This document shows, piece by piece, positions 1-15,120 of a stretch of DNA of 64,000 nt. Every line of letters starts with the position of its first letter. Position 1 is the first letter of the stretch. Location of the stretch: assembly GCA_964016885.1 (NCBI GenBank), contig OZ024755.1, positions 31,124,001-31,188,000 of the forward strand. Direction: 5' to 3'. The position numbers and the translations under genes were made by a program. A model generated the notes under the pieces. That model saw only the letters and a list, made by a program, of their open reading frames with translations, searched no databases and was not told where the DNA came from. Origin of the DNA: Eledone cirrhosa (Eukaryota).

Positions 1-789
1 GTGCTCAGAAAGGGAGTTGGTAGGAATTCCATCTGGAATGGACCTCTGCTGGTTTTGATGGTGTGTTTCAGTTTGATTAACATGCAAGCCTATCCGTGAA
101 ATTAATGTGCAAGTGGCTGAGCATTCTACATACGCGTACTATTAATGCAGTTCTCGGGGAAAATCAGCATACTAGTGTGATAAGGTTAGCCCTTTGAATT
201 ACAAGTTCAGTCCATCTACAGGCTTCCATACAGTTTCTATCTACCAATTTCACTAACAAGGTTTTGGCTAATCCTGCTCAAGCTACCACACTGTCAAGTG
301 AACTTTGAGCCAATGTAAACAAGCTGAGCAAGAAAGTAGATTTTATATGTGGCAATATATATTTATCTATCTAGGGTGGGTAAAATTCCCGAGATACAAT
401 ATATAAAACGTTTTAAGGCCATTTTCCCTTCAGGTTTAAAACTCATCATAGGGTCTTTTTTATGCAATGTTTTATTGTAGGATGTCCTTCATGGCACTAA
501 CCTTTTTTTTTTTACCTCTTACTGCATGCTGAAATATAGTGTCTAAGCTGGATGCACATAATGTTTAGAGTGTGAAATTGTGTTGTTTAGTGGTTAAGGG
601 TGTTTGATTTTCAAATCAGGTAGTGTACTTGAGCGAGACACTTAATTTTATGTTGCTCCTGTTAATTCAGCTGGCAAAAATAAGTTGTGTCTGTAATTCA
701 GATTGATTTCCTTCAGAACTTTAAGAGTGCAGTTGGAAATGATGGAGGCCCAACTAACATATGTCTCATCATTTTTACACCTATTTTGC

Positions 790-940
790 CATGCTTGTAT
801 GGGTTTGAAAGGTTCTCTCCCACACATCTTGTGTTCCATATCTTCCTTTTCCAAGATTCTTTCCACTTAGATGTCCTGTCATTTCCTTACCCAGTTATCA
901 CCCATCTACCATGCAATGTTGCACAACAAGCAGGGCTACT
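790..940 (-). mobile_element. Highly decayed RTE-like LINE C-terminal fragment
   Basis: The minus strand loosely resembles the LHGSETW...RLER region of the RTE ORF found elsewhere in the window. Confidence 0.3.
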
Positions 941-1497
941 AACTCTTTTTTTTTTTAGGTGTCCAGAGCGTCCTTCTTCATTTCTATTTAGGTTACTTAA
1001 ATAACATATACCGACATACACGTCTTCTATTATACCGAATATCTCATTATAAACAAATTTTCACCATTTGTATCTATTTTTTAGTCTGTTCTGCTCTCTC
1101 TCTCTCTCTACACACACACACATACATGCATGCATGCACAAACGCACGTTATATTATGTTCGATGGCCCTTATTTGTTATAGATGCTCTGATATTGTACC
1201 TAGAAAGTTCCTTGACAAGATCCCTTGTGAAGCCAAGCCCGATAGAGATTGGCACCAGGGCCAAAGTAGCCTCTCATACGTACTAACTGCTCAGACAATT
1301 CGCCATGTCATCTTCCATTCCTAGCATCACACACATACACACAGTAATAATAATAAATTTGAAGACTAAAATCTAAAGAGGGCTCGATAAGGATAAATAT
1401 ATATACCCGTTAAGGGTGAAAGCAGCGATTTTTTGCTTAAACTTTAATCTGTTATTTTAATATATATATATATATATATTAAAATAACAGATTAAAG

Positions 1498-1537
<40 letters not shown>

Positions 1538-3209
1538 GATTTCATCTTGAAAATAGTTTAAATATAAAGATTTTGAAAGACAAGCAGTCAATAGATGAAG
1601 TGTTATGGTTTGTGTGTAAAGAAATGTTTTTTTTTTTACTGTCTTTGAATCTTAGCATTTATAATTTTTGTGGCAAAATTTCATTTCACTGTTAAATGTG
1701 ACATGCTGTAGAGAAATGGCACTTCTCATTTATAGACCGTTATACTTCACATTAATATTTATTGAATAAATTTTATGTTCGTTACATAATTCTTTGTTAC
1801 TACAGTTTAGTTCCCAACTCTCTTGGTGGATATTTTTAAATGGAATTTTACAGATACATTTTAAATGATGTAGAGATCTTACTATTATGTTTTAAAAATA
1901 ATTTTTATTCGCAGTTGTATAAATAACATAAATCGTTTGCAATTATTTTAGAATGAAAATATAAAGAGAGCATATGAATAAATTTACAGTAGAATAACAT
2001 AACAAATATGTTTTAAATATATACATAAATAACATTACAAATGCTTAGATAACATTATAAATTGCTCGCGATTCTTTCAGAAAGATATTTATTGCAATAC
2101 ATACTTGTAGAAATTCCATTCCATTCGTATATGTAATGTATATCATCCTGATTGGAATGAATAATGGACAAAATTTCCGATAAAATCGAAAGTATTCAAT
2201 AAATGAAAACAGAATTATATGCAATGATGAAAGTATTATTTTTAAATGTATTTTTTTCTTTTTGTTAACAATCAAAATAAAACTCATCAGACACGGTATC
2301 TCCTCGAAATGTCATTTTTATGAAAGTTATGAATAAACAAAGTGTAGATGTCGGGCACTAAGATGTTATTTTTACCTTATACAATATTGGTGTTAAGACG
2401 AAATATTATTAAAATGAAATTGTAAGGCATGATGACAAATTGTTTTAACCTAGACAGATCGAAAGTATTCTAATGGGAATATTAAAAAAAATAATCAATT
2501 TCCTTTTTCAATTCATCAGCATAATCGTGATCTAGATTATGGAAAGTTATGAGGAAATAAAGTCTGGGAGGAACAAGGACCAAGCTGTTGGCATTATATA
2601 CTAGTTACTTTGCCTTTCATCCTCACGGGGTCGATAAAATAAAGTACCAGTAAAACAATTATGAGTTACTGAAGATATAGTTCACACATGTGATATAGTC
2701 GTATTTCTCCTCTATACTATTACTCGACACTGTGTAACATATTGTATGAGGAGGGTGTCTTTTGCGCAATCGGAATTTTTGATGTTTAAACTAGAAATCA
2801 ATCTGAGTGTGAGGGTGAAAATAAAATATGAAATGAAATAAAAAATGAATAAAAAAATTGATATATTTTGAAGCATTTTATTTATTTCATTTATTCGTTT
2901 CAGCAATTAGGACAACTCATATTTTTTTTTTTTTTTTGCATTCCTCCATACTGCGGTTTTCTGATTTTTATTACAATGATTTTCTCCCATTTTAGAGTCG
3001 GGTCATATATATATACACACACTCACGCACACATAGGATGCTTTTTCTAGAAATATTGTTTGCTAAAAAGTTTAACTTGAATATTTTCCCATAAATTTTG
3101 CGCCTGTTACAATGGCATTCGTTTTTTTTAAAAACTGCTTAGAAAAAGAAACATTAAATTTTTTTTTTTTATTAAATCCTGTACATCTTATGTTATCGAC
3201 ATAAATATA

Positions 3210-3423
3210 CAGTGGAACCTCGGTTCACGAATGGTGTCTCGAGTAACGAACACGCAAGCCGGGAGCATCGGCGGGAAAGTGTCACTTGCTGTGCAGTTAA
3301 TTACTATGGTGATATCTGTTTTTTCAGTTTTAACAATATATCGGAAAATAGTTTCGATTCACGAACATTTCGGATGACGAACGGCCTATAGGACGAATTA
3401 AGGTCGTGAACCGAGGTTCACTG
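3210..3423. mobile_element. Tigger/pogo-type MITE
   Basis: TIRs CAGTGGAACCTCGGTTCACGA ... TCGTGAACCGAGGTTCACTG, flanked by TA on both sides (3208-3209 and 3424-3425). Confidence 0.8.
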
Positions 3424-3827
3424 TATTTAGTTCGTGTCGGTATCTATAGAATGGGCAACTTATACACGAGCCTCTCTCTCTCTCTCTCTCTCGTGTGTAT
3501 GGCAGTTTCATGTTGCTCCAGTTCACTCAGATGGAAAAAAAAAGAGTTGTATCTGTATCACGCTGAATCTCCCTGAGAACTTCGTTAAGGGTACACATGT
3601 CTGTGGAATGCTCAGCCACTTAAACTATGATAGACTATACTTGTTATTCACTGGGCCAACCATGTCACATTACTTGTGTGTTGAATCTTAAGGTTGCATG
3701 TGTTTGGGATGCACAGGTTATTATGTTGATCAAATAACTGGAATATGTTGAAACTGATGCAAGTCTCCTTTTCTTCACTCCTGAGAGAGTGGTGGGGGCA
3801 GGGTCCTAAATAGTAGGTCACATTATC

Positions 3828-4077
3828 TTTACCCTTTCGTTACCATATTTCTAATGAAAAACACTATCCATGATTTTCAAATCATTTTGAAAATAATCAA
3901 GAATTTGGGTGGATTTAGTAATATAAATAACTTTCTCATTATTAAGCTGGTGTTTGAATCATAACTAAACATAAAATGATGAAGGAAGGTTTTTTTAGAT
4001 AAATATAAACACTTTAAAACATTTTAGTATCATAGAACCAGGAGCAATTTCAGGTAGTTTAGTATCGAAAGGGTTAA
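3828..4077. mobile_element. piggyBac-like MITE family A. Further degenerate copies at about 4725-4916, 8618-9240, 10285-10640, 11087-11328, 18268-18467, 18565-18751 and 33796-33968.
   Basis: Ends TT(T/A)ACCCTTTCGTTACC ... GTATCGAAAGGGTTAA (TTAA site plus CCC terminus), with a shared internal sequence among copies. Confidence 0.6.
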
Positions 4078-4366
4078 GCAACTGGTACTGCTTTTAATTT
4101 TACAATTAGTGAGGTGATTTAAGTATAAATTAGAAAATCACTAATATATAACATAATTTAATCATGCTTAGTTTTGGTAATAAAATGATGCAGTTGTATG
4201 AATCTTCTCGCTGTTTAAGATTTAATACATTGTGACTCAGGCGGGTTTGGCCCAGTAGCAAAACAGTTGTCATTATGACACTACATAAATACTTGGAACC
4301 AACATTTCTCCTACACATAACTAAGTTTTAAGGCCTCCTTGCTAAAGCTGGGGTTTGCCATGGCAA

Positions 4367-4653
4367 TGAAAGGGTTAATGACATAGTCTCTTTCATTAGA
4401 AATATGGTAACGAAAGGGTTAAAAACATAGGCAGTGTCTTTCATTAGAAATATGGTAGTGAAAGGGTTAATGACATAGACAGTGTCTTTCATTAGAAATA
4501 TGGTAATGAAAGTGTTAAAGACATAGGCAGTGTCTTTCATTAGAAATATGGTAAATAAAGGGTTAAAGACGGTTTTTCATTAGAATATGGTAATGAAAGG
4601 GTTAAAGACATAGGCAGTGTCTTTCATTAGATATATGGTAATGAAAGGGTTAA
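4367..4653. repeat. 48-bp tandem repeat (about 6 units) made of the MITE-A terminus
   Basis: Unit gaaagggttaatgacataggcagtgtctttcattagaaatatggtaat. The 16-aa periodicity of ORF 4328-4540 reflects it. Confidence 0.9.
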
Positions 4654-5108
4654 AATTTTAAGAGGAATCTGGGTTTTAAAAAAAATATATTTACGTTGTC
4701 TGTCTTGTGCCAAACAGATATGTTAACCGTTTTGGTGCCAAACCATCTGAAACTCTCAATGGTTCTATGATACAAAACTATTTGTTTTAAAATGTTTATA
4801 GTTTTTTTTTTAGTTTTTTTATTCCAAACATCAAGTTAATTATATTACTAAATCTAAATTCTTGATTATTTTCAAAATTATTTGAAAATCATAAACATGC
4901 TAATGAAAGCGTTAAAACTTGAGTCTTTTATATATATATATCTACAGTGTCTATGTGCTTGTGTCAAAGTCAGTAATAGAACATGAACTGTTTTGTTACC
5001 ATATTTCTAATTAGACACTATAGTTTTCCATTCATTTTGAAATACTCAAGAAATTTGAGGGATTTTGTAAAATAACTTTCTCATTATTAAGTTGGTGTTT
5101 AGAACAAC

Positions 5109-5311
5109 TTTACCCTTTAGCATTTACTTTACTTTACATTTACTATTATATTTTCATGGTAAAGGCTTTATCTCACTTAATATCGAATCTATGATATTTT
5201 GATATTTATTTTGAGGACAATACCTTAACGTCGGTATGTGAGGGCGGTTTGAGCAGAAAAGGATGAGAAAATTCTGGCCAGATATGGCCCGTTTAAATGC
5301 TAAAGGGTTAA
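5109..5311. mobile_element. piggyBac-like MITE family B
   Basis: tttaccctttagcattta ... taaatgctaaagggttaa. Homologous to 7201-7422 (direct) and 15779-16003 (inverted). Confidence 0.7.
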
Positions 5312-6611
5312 AGGTTCTTACTTAAAATTATTAACAACTGTATGGGTTGGCATTGATAGATGTATTATATAATTGCAGGTTGTACTATTAGTCAACTAAC
5401 TCTACTGGTGGCAAGGCTGTTGATGAAATACTGAAAAGGTAGGGTTTTATATAGACACTTATATTTTCTTGTCTAGTTATAAACATTTCCCTTCCTGCAA
5501 CCTTGATGGAGAACACTTTGTTGGTAAAGTATTTTATAACCTATGGTCTTTATTATTTTGTTTTTGTTTTTGTTTTTATTCAGTTATAGCTATGCATCTA
5601 AATACTGTAACCCTGTTTGTCGTAAGAGGTAACTAAAAAGGTTGGTGCCAGAGAGAGCATACGGACCCCATGATGAATATGTAGCCTGTCATGGGGCTCA
5701 GAAAACTAATCCCTCTTTATAAAGGAAAATGGCTTTAAAATGTATGTGTGTAAATATATTGTACATTCTATTCTTGGGATGGTTTCTATAGCTGGTTTAC
5801 AATAAGTACACTGCATCCATGTGTCTTAAGGACCTATGGTCAATATCAAGCCTGTTATACAGCCTGCAGAATTAACCCCTGCTTTAGCAAGAAAAATAGT
5901 AATAAAATACTTGTCTCTGACAGCATAATCTCAGCCAATCCTTTGATCAAACCAAGGAAACAAACCCTTCTCCAATGTCTTGCTCCACTATCGCTGTTTA
6001 TATTTCCAGTACAGAAATTATATCACTAAAGTTAGTGGTTTGTCTCCCACAGTTAATCTGTCTATATATTGGCTGTCATAGGACCAGATTTGAGACTATT
6101 TCTTTAGGATATCTCACATATTGATGTCTATAGTAGTCTTCCCTGAGCTATCTTTTTAAGTTCTGTGTTGGTGGTGTGGCTCTTCCAAGTGTTGTTTGTT
6201 TTGTATAGTGATACAGATTCAACTGTTACTCAAATGAAATTTACAGCTGACAACATTGCAGGTTTACCTGGCCTTCTACGAGTCTGCATCTCATTAGAAG
6301 TTTCTCAGCTGTTTTAATAAGGGCCCCTGTACTATTATGAATAAGCTATGCTCAAGAAAATAAATGAGCTATCTGGTCCAGGAATCGAACCCATGATCTT
6401 ATGATTGTTTAATATCTTAACCTTCAGGGATAACTTCCAGATATTTCATAATTTATTACATACATGGCTTTTTTTTTAAACCTGTGTTTGTAATCCAAGC
6501 TCCAAGATAATTGAAATGTTCAACCATCTTTGCTGCTGTCTAGATTTTCAGTTTATGACAGCATAAATTTGTTTTCTGTTTTAAATTTTGTTGATACATG
6601 GTTGTTTGCAG

Positions 6612-6780
6612 GGAGGTTATCAAAACTCAACAATGGATTTCTTTCCAAAGAAAGCTACTGGCTCATATCGGTGTGAGGTGTGTGATGTTACTGTCAACTC
6701 AGAAGTGCAGTTGGTGCAGCATCAAACAGGAAAATTACATATGCGTAAAATGCGCTCAGATTTACCCCCTGATGAAGCAG
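6612..6780 (+). CDS. ZNF385: ZNF385-like matrin/U1-type zinc-finger protein, first coding exon visible in the window (upstream exons presumably outside it)
   Basis: Acceptor ttgcag ends at 6611 and donor gtatgt starts at 6781. Encodes GGYQ...YRCEVCDVTVNSEVQLVQHQTGKLH, a C-x2-C-x12-H-x5-H matrin-type finger. The phase 1 end matches the next exon. Confidence 0.85.
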
Positions 6781-7200
6781 GTATGTTATTGAAGAATACA
6801 TATTTCTAGCTTTATGTCATCAACTAAGGTAAAATATTTAACCTGAAAAATCTTATATTAATGATGAAAGCTTGATGAAATTTTTTTATTTCTAATTCTA
6901 TATTTTATACATAGCAGAGTTGTTAGAGCACCCAATTCAAATTCTACCAGCTTCAACTTTACTATTTAATCCTTTCAGGATCAATAAATAAAGTACCAGT
7001 CAAGGGTTGGTGGATGATTGGAATTGTTTTCAAACGTGGTACCTTTTCCAGCCAAAACAGTGGTACCACTTCTGCCAGGATATGCAACCAGCAGACAGAT
7101 AGTATCTGCAATGGAAAGATCCATGGAAATATTGTTCCTGTGGCCTGATATAAGGATCAGTTCCTTTCCTTGATATAAGCTGAAATATTTTGAGAACACG

Positions 7201-7422
7201 TTTAACTCTCTAGCATTTACATTACTTTATATATACTATTGTATTTTTTGTGGTAAAGGCTTTACCTCGTATAACTATTTCACATAATATCAAATCTATG
7301 AGATTTTGATGTTATTTATTTTTAGAATAATACCTTAACGTCAGTATGAGCAGCCAGTTATGACTGGTTGGAACAGAAAGAGGTGAAAGAATTCTGGCCA
7401 GTTTTAAATGCTAAAGGGTTAA
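7201..7422. mobile_element. piggyBac-like MITE family B
   Basis: ttaactctctagcattta ... taaatgctaaagggttaa. Confidence 0.7.
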
Positions 7423-7629
7423 ATTGGCAATTATGCTTGAAACGGCACAAATTTCATCCATTTGCTACTATATTTCTCATGGAGCCATATATGGATGCCC
7501 CTCTATACACTGGGCGTGTTTATCATGTCAACAACAGTAGAGGTTGTTGTGCCCGTTACACAACTGGAAAGTTCTGTTGACACTTTTGGCATGGTTGCTA
7601 CAATTCTAGTTGTGAGTAATGATAATTTT

Positions 7630-7797
7630 AAATAAGGCAGTGTTGTGTTATCTGTGTTACACTAAGGTAGTGTTGTGTTGTCTGTTACACTAAGGGACTG
7701 TTGTGTTTGTGTTACATGGAGGCACTGCTGTGTGTTACACTGAGACAGTGTTCTGTTTCTGTGTTACACTAAGGCAGTGTTGTGTTGTCTGTGTTAA
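7630..7797. repeat. Roughly 28-bp degenerate UG-rich tandem repeat just upstream of an exon acceptor
   Basis: Repeated tgttacactaaggcagtgttgtgttgtc. Confidence 0.75.
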
Positions 7798-7827
7798 ATG
7801 ATCTTATCATTTGTTTTACTTGATCAG

Positions 7828-7928
7828 GTCGATATCAAAGCAAAGATGATGAGGAAATGGACCCAATCACACAGGCTGTAGTGAACAATGCTCTGGGGAA
7901 AATACCAACCAAACGAAAAGCAACCGCA
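7828..7928 (+). CDS. ZNF385: ZNF385-like, second visible coding exon
   Basis: Acceptor tgatcag ends at 7827 and donor gtaagt starts at 7929. Phases are 1 in and 0 out. Encodes RYQSKDDEEMDPITQAVVNNALGKIPTKRKATA, resembling the ZNF385 motif MDPVQKAVINHTFGV. Confidence 0.85.
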
Positions 7929-8696
7929 GTAAGTTGCTATAATGTACCTTCTACTTTCATTAGAAATAGTTTAGTTATGGCATCTGCTCACAAAACAGTT
8001 TTATTTCAGTATGAATTGAGTGTGGAATTATTTCAAATAAGAAGATAATTCCTCTGTGAGAACAGCAGATCTTAACCGCATTAACCATTAGCAATAAGAT
8101 TTTCGTCTTTTGCAAATGTTTATTCTTTCATTGTTTCTATCATTAGACTTTGCCCATGCTGGGGCATCATTTTAAAGGGATTTTAGTTGATCATATTGAC
8201 CCCAGTACCTTTTTTTTTTTTTTTTTCCAAGCCTGGTATTTAATTTTATCCATCTCTTTTTGTCGAACAGTTAAGCTACAGGACATAGACAAGCACTGGC
8301 TCACACACATTATCATCATCATTATCATTTAACATCCCTTTTTCTGTTAGCAAGGGTTGAATGGGTCTTTACAAGCTGAGTTAGTACTGAAATGGGGTTA
8401 TTGAGCTTTTTTTTTTTTTTTTTTTTCCTCAACCACATTTAATTTTTAATGGATACCTGTTTCATAATCAAGGGATGAGGTTGATGTTGAAGGAAGAAGT
8501 ATTTACAGCAGATGAAATATAGAACCATTATATCCACATGTGGGTTTCAAATTGTTTTTCTAATCATGGAACAAACTTCTACAACAACATAGCTAGCGAG
8601 GGAGCAGAGCCAAAATGTTAACCCTTTTGTTAAATAAAGGACTGCCTATAATTTTCAAATTATTTTGAAAATATTCAAAACTTTGGAGGGACTTGA

Positions 8697-9078
8697 TCAT
8701 CATCATCATCATCATCATCACCGTTTTACGTCCGTTCTTCCACGCTAGCATGGGTTAGATGGGTTGTCCTGTTGTGGGCAGTGTCTGGTCGGTTGCCATG
8801 CCTTGCTCATACAGGAACTGATTTGGCTTGATTTCTACAGCTGGATGCCCTTCCTAACACCAACCTCGTTTACAGTGAGTGCTGGGTGCTTTTTGTGGCG
8901 CCTACGCATCCACTTTACAGTGTGGGCTGGGTGCTTTTTTGCCGTGGCACCTCCACGACCACCTTTTAGTGGGGGGTGTGGGGGCATATTGTCTATATGC
9001 TTCAGCTTGTACCCATGGGAGGTCGGGTACTCTGTATTACTGCGTGACGCCAGAGGTCACGATCGTGTGTCATCGCCT
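8697..9078 (-). mobile_element. 5'-truncated RTE LINE 3' UTR with (TGA)n tail, inserted in a MITE-A copy
   Basis: Near-identical reverse complement of 36640-37016. (cat)n tail at 8697-8720, with short ttgat direct repeats at the flanks. Confidence 0.8.
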
Positions 9079-10454
9079 TTGATAATATAACTAATTTTCT
9101 CATTATTAAGTTGGTGCTTGGAACAATAACGTTTTTATATGAAATTATAATGAGGTTTTTAGATAAATATAAACATTTAAAAATAGTTTTGTATTATAGA
9201 ATCAGGGCTGGTTTCAGGTTGATTGGTGTTAAAAGTGTTAGTTCCCTCTCTTTAGCTGATCTTTATCAAATGATTGATTATCCTAAGAAAGTCTACTGGA
9301 ATTGTGAATATGAGAACATGGAAATTCCAAATGAGTGTTCCATTGAACAGCTTACCAATGTGTAATCCAGAGTGGGATGTTGTACATGGGAAGAATATAT
9401 CAAGTAGTTAAGTAGTTTATTCTGTTAAAATGAATTATTTTTCTTTATATCTCATTTCAAGAGGTTTTATGTTGTTTTAACCATATCTTGCACCACATGA
9501 AACCACAATAACAAGACATTGTTAAAAAGGTACAAAGCAGGCCTATGATTACATCACATTAAAAGTTCATGTCTTTACTCTAATATTGCAAATTTTCACA
9601 ACAATCTGTTCAGCAGTAAAAAATAGTATAAACATTTGAATTAACAAACCACATTGACTAGACACTTTTTGAAAAGTACAAAACAACACTATGACTGCAT
9701 CACAAATAAAGCTAGTTTAAACATTTGCATTAACAAAACAGGTTTTCAGATATTTTGTGCTAAAATCATTACAAGATATTAAAAGTTAAATGACTTGCAA
9801 ACACATTATTTTTAGCATAATTGACTTCATAACATTAAAAACAAAAGTCTTTACTCTAATACTATAAATTTTCACAAAGATCTGTTTTTAGGTATTTTTT
9901 GTTAAATCTTTACATTAAGAATTAAGCATAACTGGAAGTAGGAACAGTTGTTGTATTGTAATAATAATGTGAATGTTAAGAGTTAAGCACTGCTGGAAGT
10001 ACGAGCAATAAATAATATAGAAAATAAGAAATCTTGAGTGAACTCCCAGATTGACTATTATGACAGAAGAATTTGTGTAATAATGATAATCACATTGGGG
10101 GAATCTTTCTGTAGTTTTCTTTCAAATTCTATCATACATGAAGGCTAATTTGTCATAAATATCCAGTCAAGCAGATCTTTACTTTCATCTTAAAAAACCA
10201 TTATAATAGGAAGCATTTTTATATCACCATCACCATTTAACATCTGTTTTCCCTACTAGCTTATGTTGGATCATGAAGATATATTAACCCTTTTGATACC
10301 AGCTTCTCTGAAATTGCCTTTAGTTCCAAACTACAATTTTATTTTAAAAACTTTTCAACATAATTTTGTTCCAAACACCAACTTAACAATAAACAAATTA
10401 TATTACTAAATTTCTTCAAATCTCTTCTTGATTATTTTCACAATTATTTGAATC

Positions 10455-10641
10455 ATAGACAGTGTCCTTCATTAGGAATATGGTAATGAAAGGGTTAATG
10501 ACATAGGCAGTGTCTTTCATTAGAAATATTGTAATGAAAGGGTTAATGACATAGGCAGTGTCTTTCATTAGAAATATGGTAATGAAAGGGTTAATGGCAT
10601 AGGCAGTGTTTTTCATTAGAAATATAGCAATGAAAAGGTTG
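10455..10641. repeat. Second array (about 4 units) of the same 48-bp MITE-terminus repeat
   Basis: Same unit as 4367-4653, continuous with the MITE-A body at 10285-10455. Confidence 0.9.
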
Positions 10642-12689
10642 AATGATATGAGCATTATATATTGGATGTATATGAAATGTTTTAACTGGATTGTTGTATA
10701 TGGATACCATTGGATTATTTCTTATAGCATTTCGTGAAACACAAGTAAAAGGTATATTTTGGGGCACTGTATGTAGTTGTGAATATATACAAACTAAGGC
10801 ACTTAGTGGTGTATATATATTAATTAAAATATGTAATGGTGTATATATGCAAACTAAGGTACATAGCAGTGTAAATATACAATATATAGCAGTATGTACA
10901 TGAATTAAGGTACGTAGCAATGTGTTTACAGGAATTACAGGCATTTTAATGTTTTGTTTAGGATTTGGTTTTATATTTGAAAATAGGGACTAGGAAACAA
11001 CCAATATGTGTATGTTTTGTAAATAATATTGTAATATTTTTGTAAATATACTGTCATCATTTTTAATTAAATTTTAATAACTATTGTTAACCCTTTTGAT
11101 GCCAACATGCCCAAACCAGCTTTGGTTCTATGAAACAAAACCATCCATTTTAAACAGTTCCTATTTGAATTTAAAATCTTCCAACATAATTTGATGTAAG
11201 AAACTTTAATGAAATTATAATATTAATAAATCGTTCAATTCTTTATTAATTAAATGAAATCCCTTAATCCTTCATTAATTAAATGAAATACAAATATGCC
11301 ATTAGAAATATGGTCACAAAAGGGTTAAGCAGTTCAGTGGATCAGTAAAAAAGAAAGAGAAAAAGCTGTCAATTTTTGTGACACAAGTGTCTGTGTTTTA
11401 TATACTGTTCTCACACAATACTTTCGGCGAGCGGCATGCACTATGATAATTACAGATAGTTAGGCTCAGCCTTCTTTGCCTAGATCAAAATGTAATATTT
11501 TATTATTTAATAGAAAGTGTGAAATCTTTAGGTAAGCAATTCCATCAATGGTTTCACCCGTTTTCAACAGATGCAACTTTCTATATAATTTAACCAATTT
11601 TTCATGACATCTGTGCACTATTTTGTGTGTGTGTGTGTGTGTAAGGTAAAATTCCCTTAAAACGAATACCATTACAACAAATTTATCAGTATAACCAACA
11701 TTTTTCGCAATTCCCGGCCACATGCTCAATGTGTTGGGTTGATCTCATTATAAATAATTTTTCGTTATAACGGAATTTTACTGTATATGCTAATAAATTA
11801 TAATTGTCAGAAGGAATAAAACACTCTTTATCTCTTCAATAAAAAAAATACATCATTTAACATTTGTTTACCTCAACACCTGTAGGAATTGAACTAAAGT
11901 GCTGTTGTACACTGTCAAGGGTTGGATGAAAAAGTAGATATTTTGTAATTGAACTAACATTTCCTGTGTGCTAGACAGCTGGATTATCATTACACCAAAG
12001 CAAGGTGAATCTAGAGCTTCTTGTCCATTACAGGATTTAACAAGGTATAACAACTAAATTTATAACTTGATAAAATCCTATGATGGACCAAACAGCTCCA
12101 TACAATTTATATACAATGTTCTATTAGTTTTTTTTTTATTCAAGTGATAAGCAGTATTTTAGTATTTCTTCTGACAATACTTTATTAGTATATTGTTGCT
12201 GTCACTTACTATTGCAGTTTTGTGACCATTGTAAACATGTATTTTTCTTTCTCTCTGTTGAGAGTACAATCTCCTCACAGCTCAAAGAAACTGTATGTAT
12301 GTAGATATGTAATTGTCAAAGGGGATCCAGTTGTGACCATCCTGTTTTATTCCCCTCCCCCTTTTTTTTGTGTTAATCAGTGACTACCTTCTCCATTTTG
12401 TCATTTATTTTAAATTTTTAGATGATAGGGTGAAATCTGGCTGCTATATCTAGCAGTTGAAGGGACCATACTATATATATAAGGCTGTCGCTCGCCGTCG
12501 CTGTATTGTAACATTTGTAAACAAATATCTTTCTCTTTCTCTCTGTGGACAGAAAAAATGGATGTACCGGACCGGGTTCAGATTTCGCAGGAGGAAAAAG
12601 AAAAAGACAAATGTTGATAGTTCAGACAATACAGCGACGGTTCAGGTGTGTTGGGAGAGAACAACTGCTTGGCACCACACACATGTATG

Positions 12690-12801
12690 CATATTATAAC
12701 ATATATACATACATCCATATATATAATATATATATATAGATGTTATGCATGTATATATGTGTTATACATATGTTATACTTATATATATGATATATATATA
12801 T

Positions 12802-12838
<37 letters not shown>

Positions 12839-13445
12839 CGTATGTATATATATATTATATATATATTACATATGTATATATATATTATATATATATTACA
12901 TATATATATATATTATATATTATATTTTATATATATATATATATTATTTATACATTATATATATTTATATATATTATATATTTCATATATATATTTTATA
13001 TATATATATATATATTTTATATATATATATATATATATTATATAAATATATATATATATATCATATATATATATATATATATATCATATATATATATATA
13101 TATATCATGTATATATATCATGTATATATATATCATGTATATATATATATCATGTATATATATATATCATGTATATATATATATCATGTATATATATATC
13201 ATATATATATCATGTATATATATATATCATATATATATATCATATATATATATCATATATATATATATCATATATATATATATCATATATATATATATCA
13301 TATATATATCATATATATATATATATCATATATATATATATCATATATATATATATATATGTATATCATATATATCATATATATATATATATCATATATA
13401 TATATATATCATATATATATATATATATCATATATATATATATAT

Positions 13446-13476
<31 letters not shown>

Positions 13477-13662
13477 CATATATATATATCATATATATAT
13501 ATATATATATATCATATATATATATATTATATATATCATATATATATATATCATATATATATATATATCATATATATATATATATCATATATATATATAT
13601 ATCATATATATATATATATCATATATATATATATATCATATATATATATATATCATATATAT

Positions 13663-13706
<44 letters not shown>

Positions 13707-14825
13707 ATATTATATATATATACATATATATTATATATATATATATCATATCAGATATATATATATATATACATATATATTATATATATATATATCATAT
13801 CAGATATATATATATATATCATATATATATATATATATATATACATATATATTATATATATATATATCATATCATATATATATATCATATCAGATATATA
13901 TATATATATCATATATATATCATATCATATATATATATCATATATATATCATATCATATATATTATATATATATCATATCATATATATTATATATATATA
14001 TATCATATCATATATATTATATATATATATATCATATCATATATATTATATATATATATATCATATCATATATATTATATATATATATATCATATCATAT
14101 ATATTATATATATATATATCATATCATATATATTATATATATATATATCATATCATATATATTATATATATATATATCATATCATATATATTATATATAT
14201 ATATATCATATCATATATATTATATATATATATATCATATCATATATATTATATATATATATATCATATCATATATATATTATATATATATATATCATTT
14301 CATATATATTATATATATATATCATTTCATATATATTATATATATATATATCATATCATATATATATTATATATATATATTATATATATATATATCATTT
14401 CATATATATTATATATATATATATATATCATTTCATATATATTATATATATATATATATCATTTCATATATATTATATATATATATATATCATTTCATAT
14501 ATATTATATATATATATATATCATTTCATATATATTATATATATATATATCATATATATATTATATATATATATATCATTTCATATATATATTATATATA
14601 TATATGTCATTTCATATATATATTATATATATATATATATCATATCATATATATATTATATATATATATATCATATCATATATATTATATATATATATAT
14701 CATATCATATATATATTATATATATATATATCATATATATTATATATATATATATTATTTCATATATATTGTATATATATATTATTTATATCATATATAT
14801 TATTTATATCATATATATTATTTAT

Positions 14826-14869
<44 letters not shown>

Positions 14870-14982
14870 CATATCATATATATATATATATATTATTTAT
14901 ATCATATATATTATTTATATCATATCATATATATATATATTATATATATATATATATTATTTATATCATATATATTATTTAT

Positions 14983-15049
<67 letters not shown>

Positions 15050-15065
15050 ATATATTATTTATATC

Positions 15066-15120
<55 letters not shown>

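Noticed and set aside
12457-12739. Possible extra exon in the large intron
   Set aside because: No finger or homology signal, and the flanking exons already join in phase without it.
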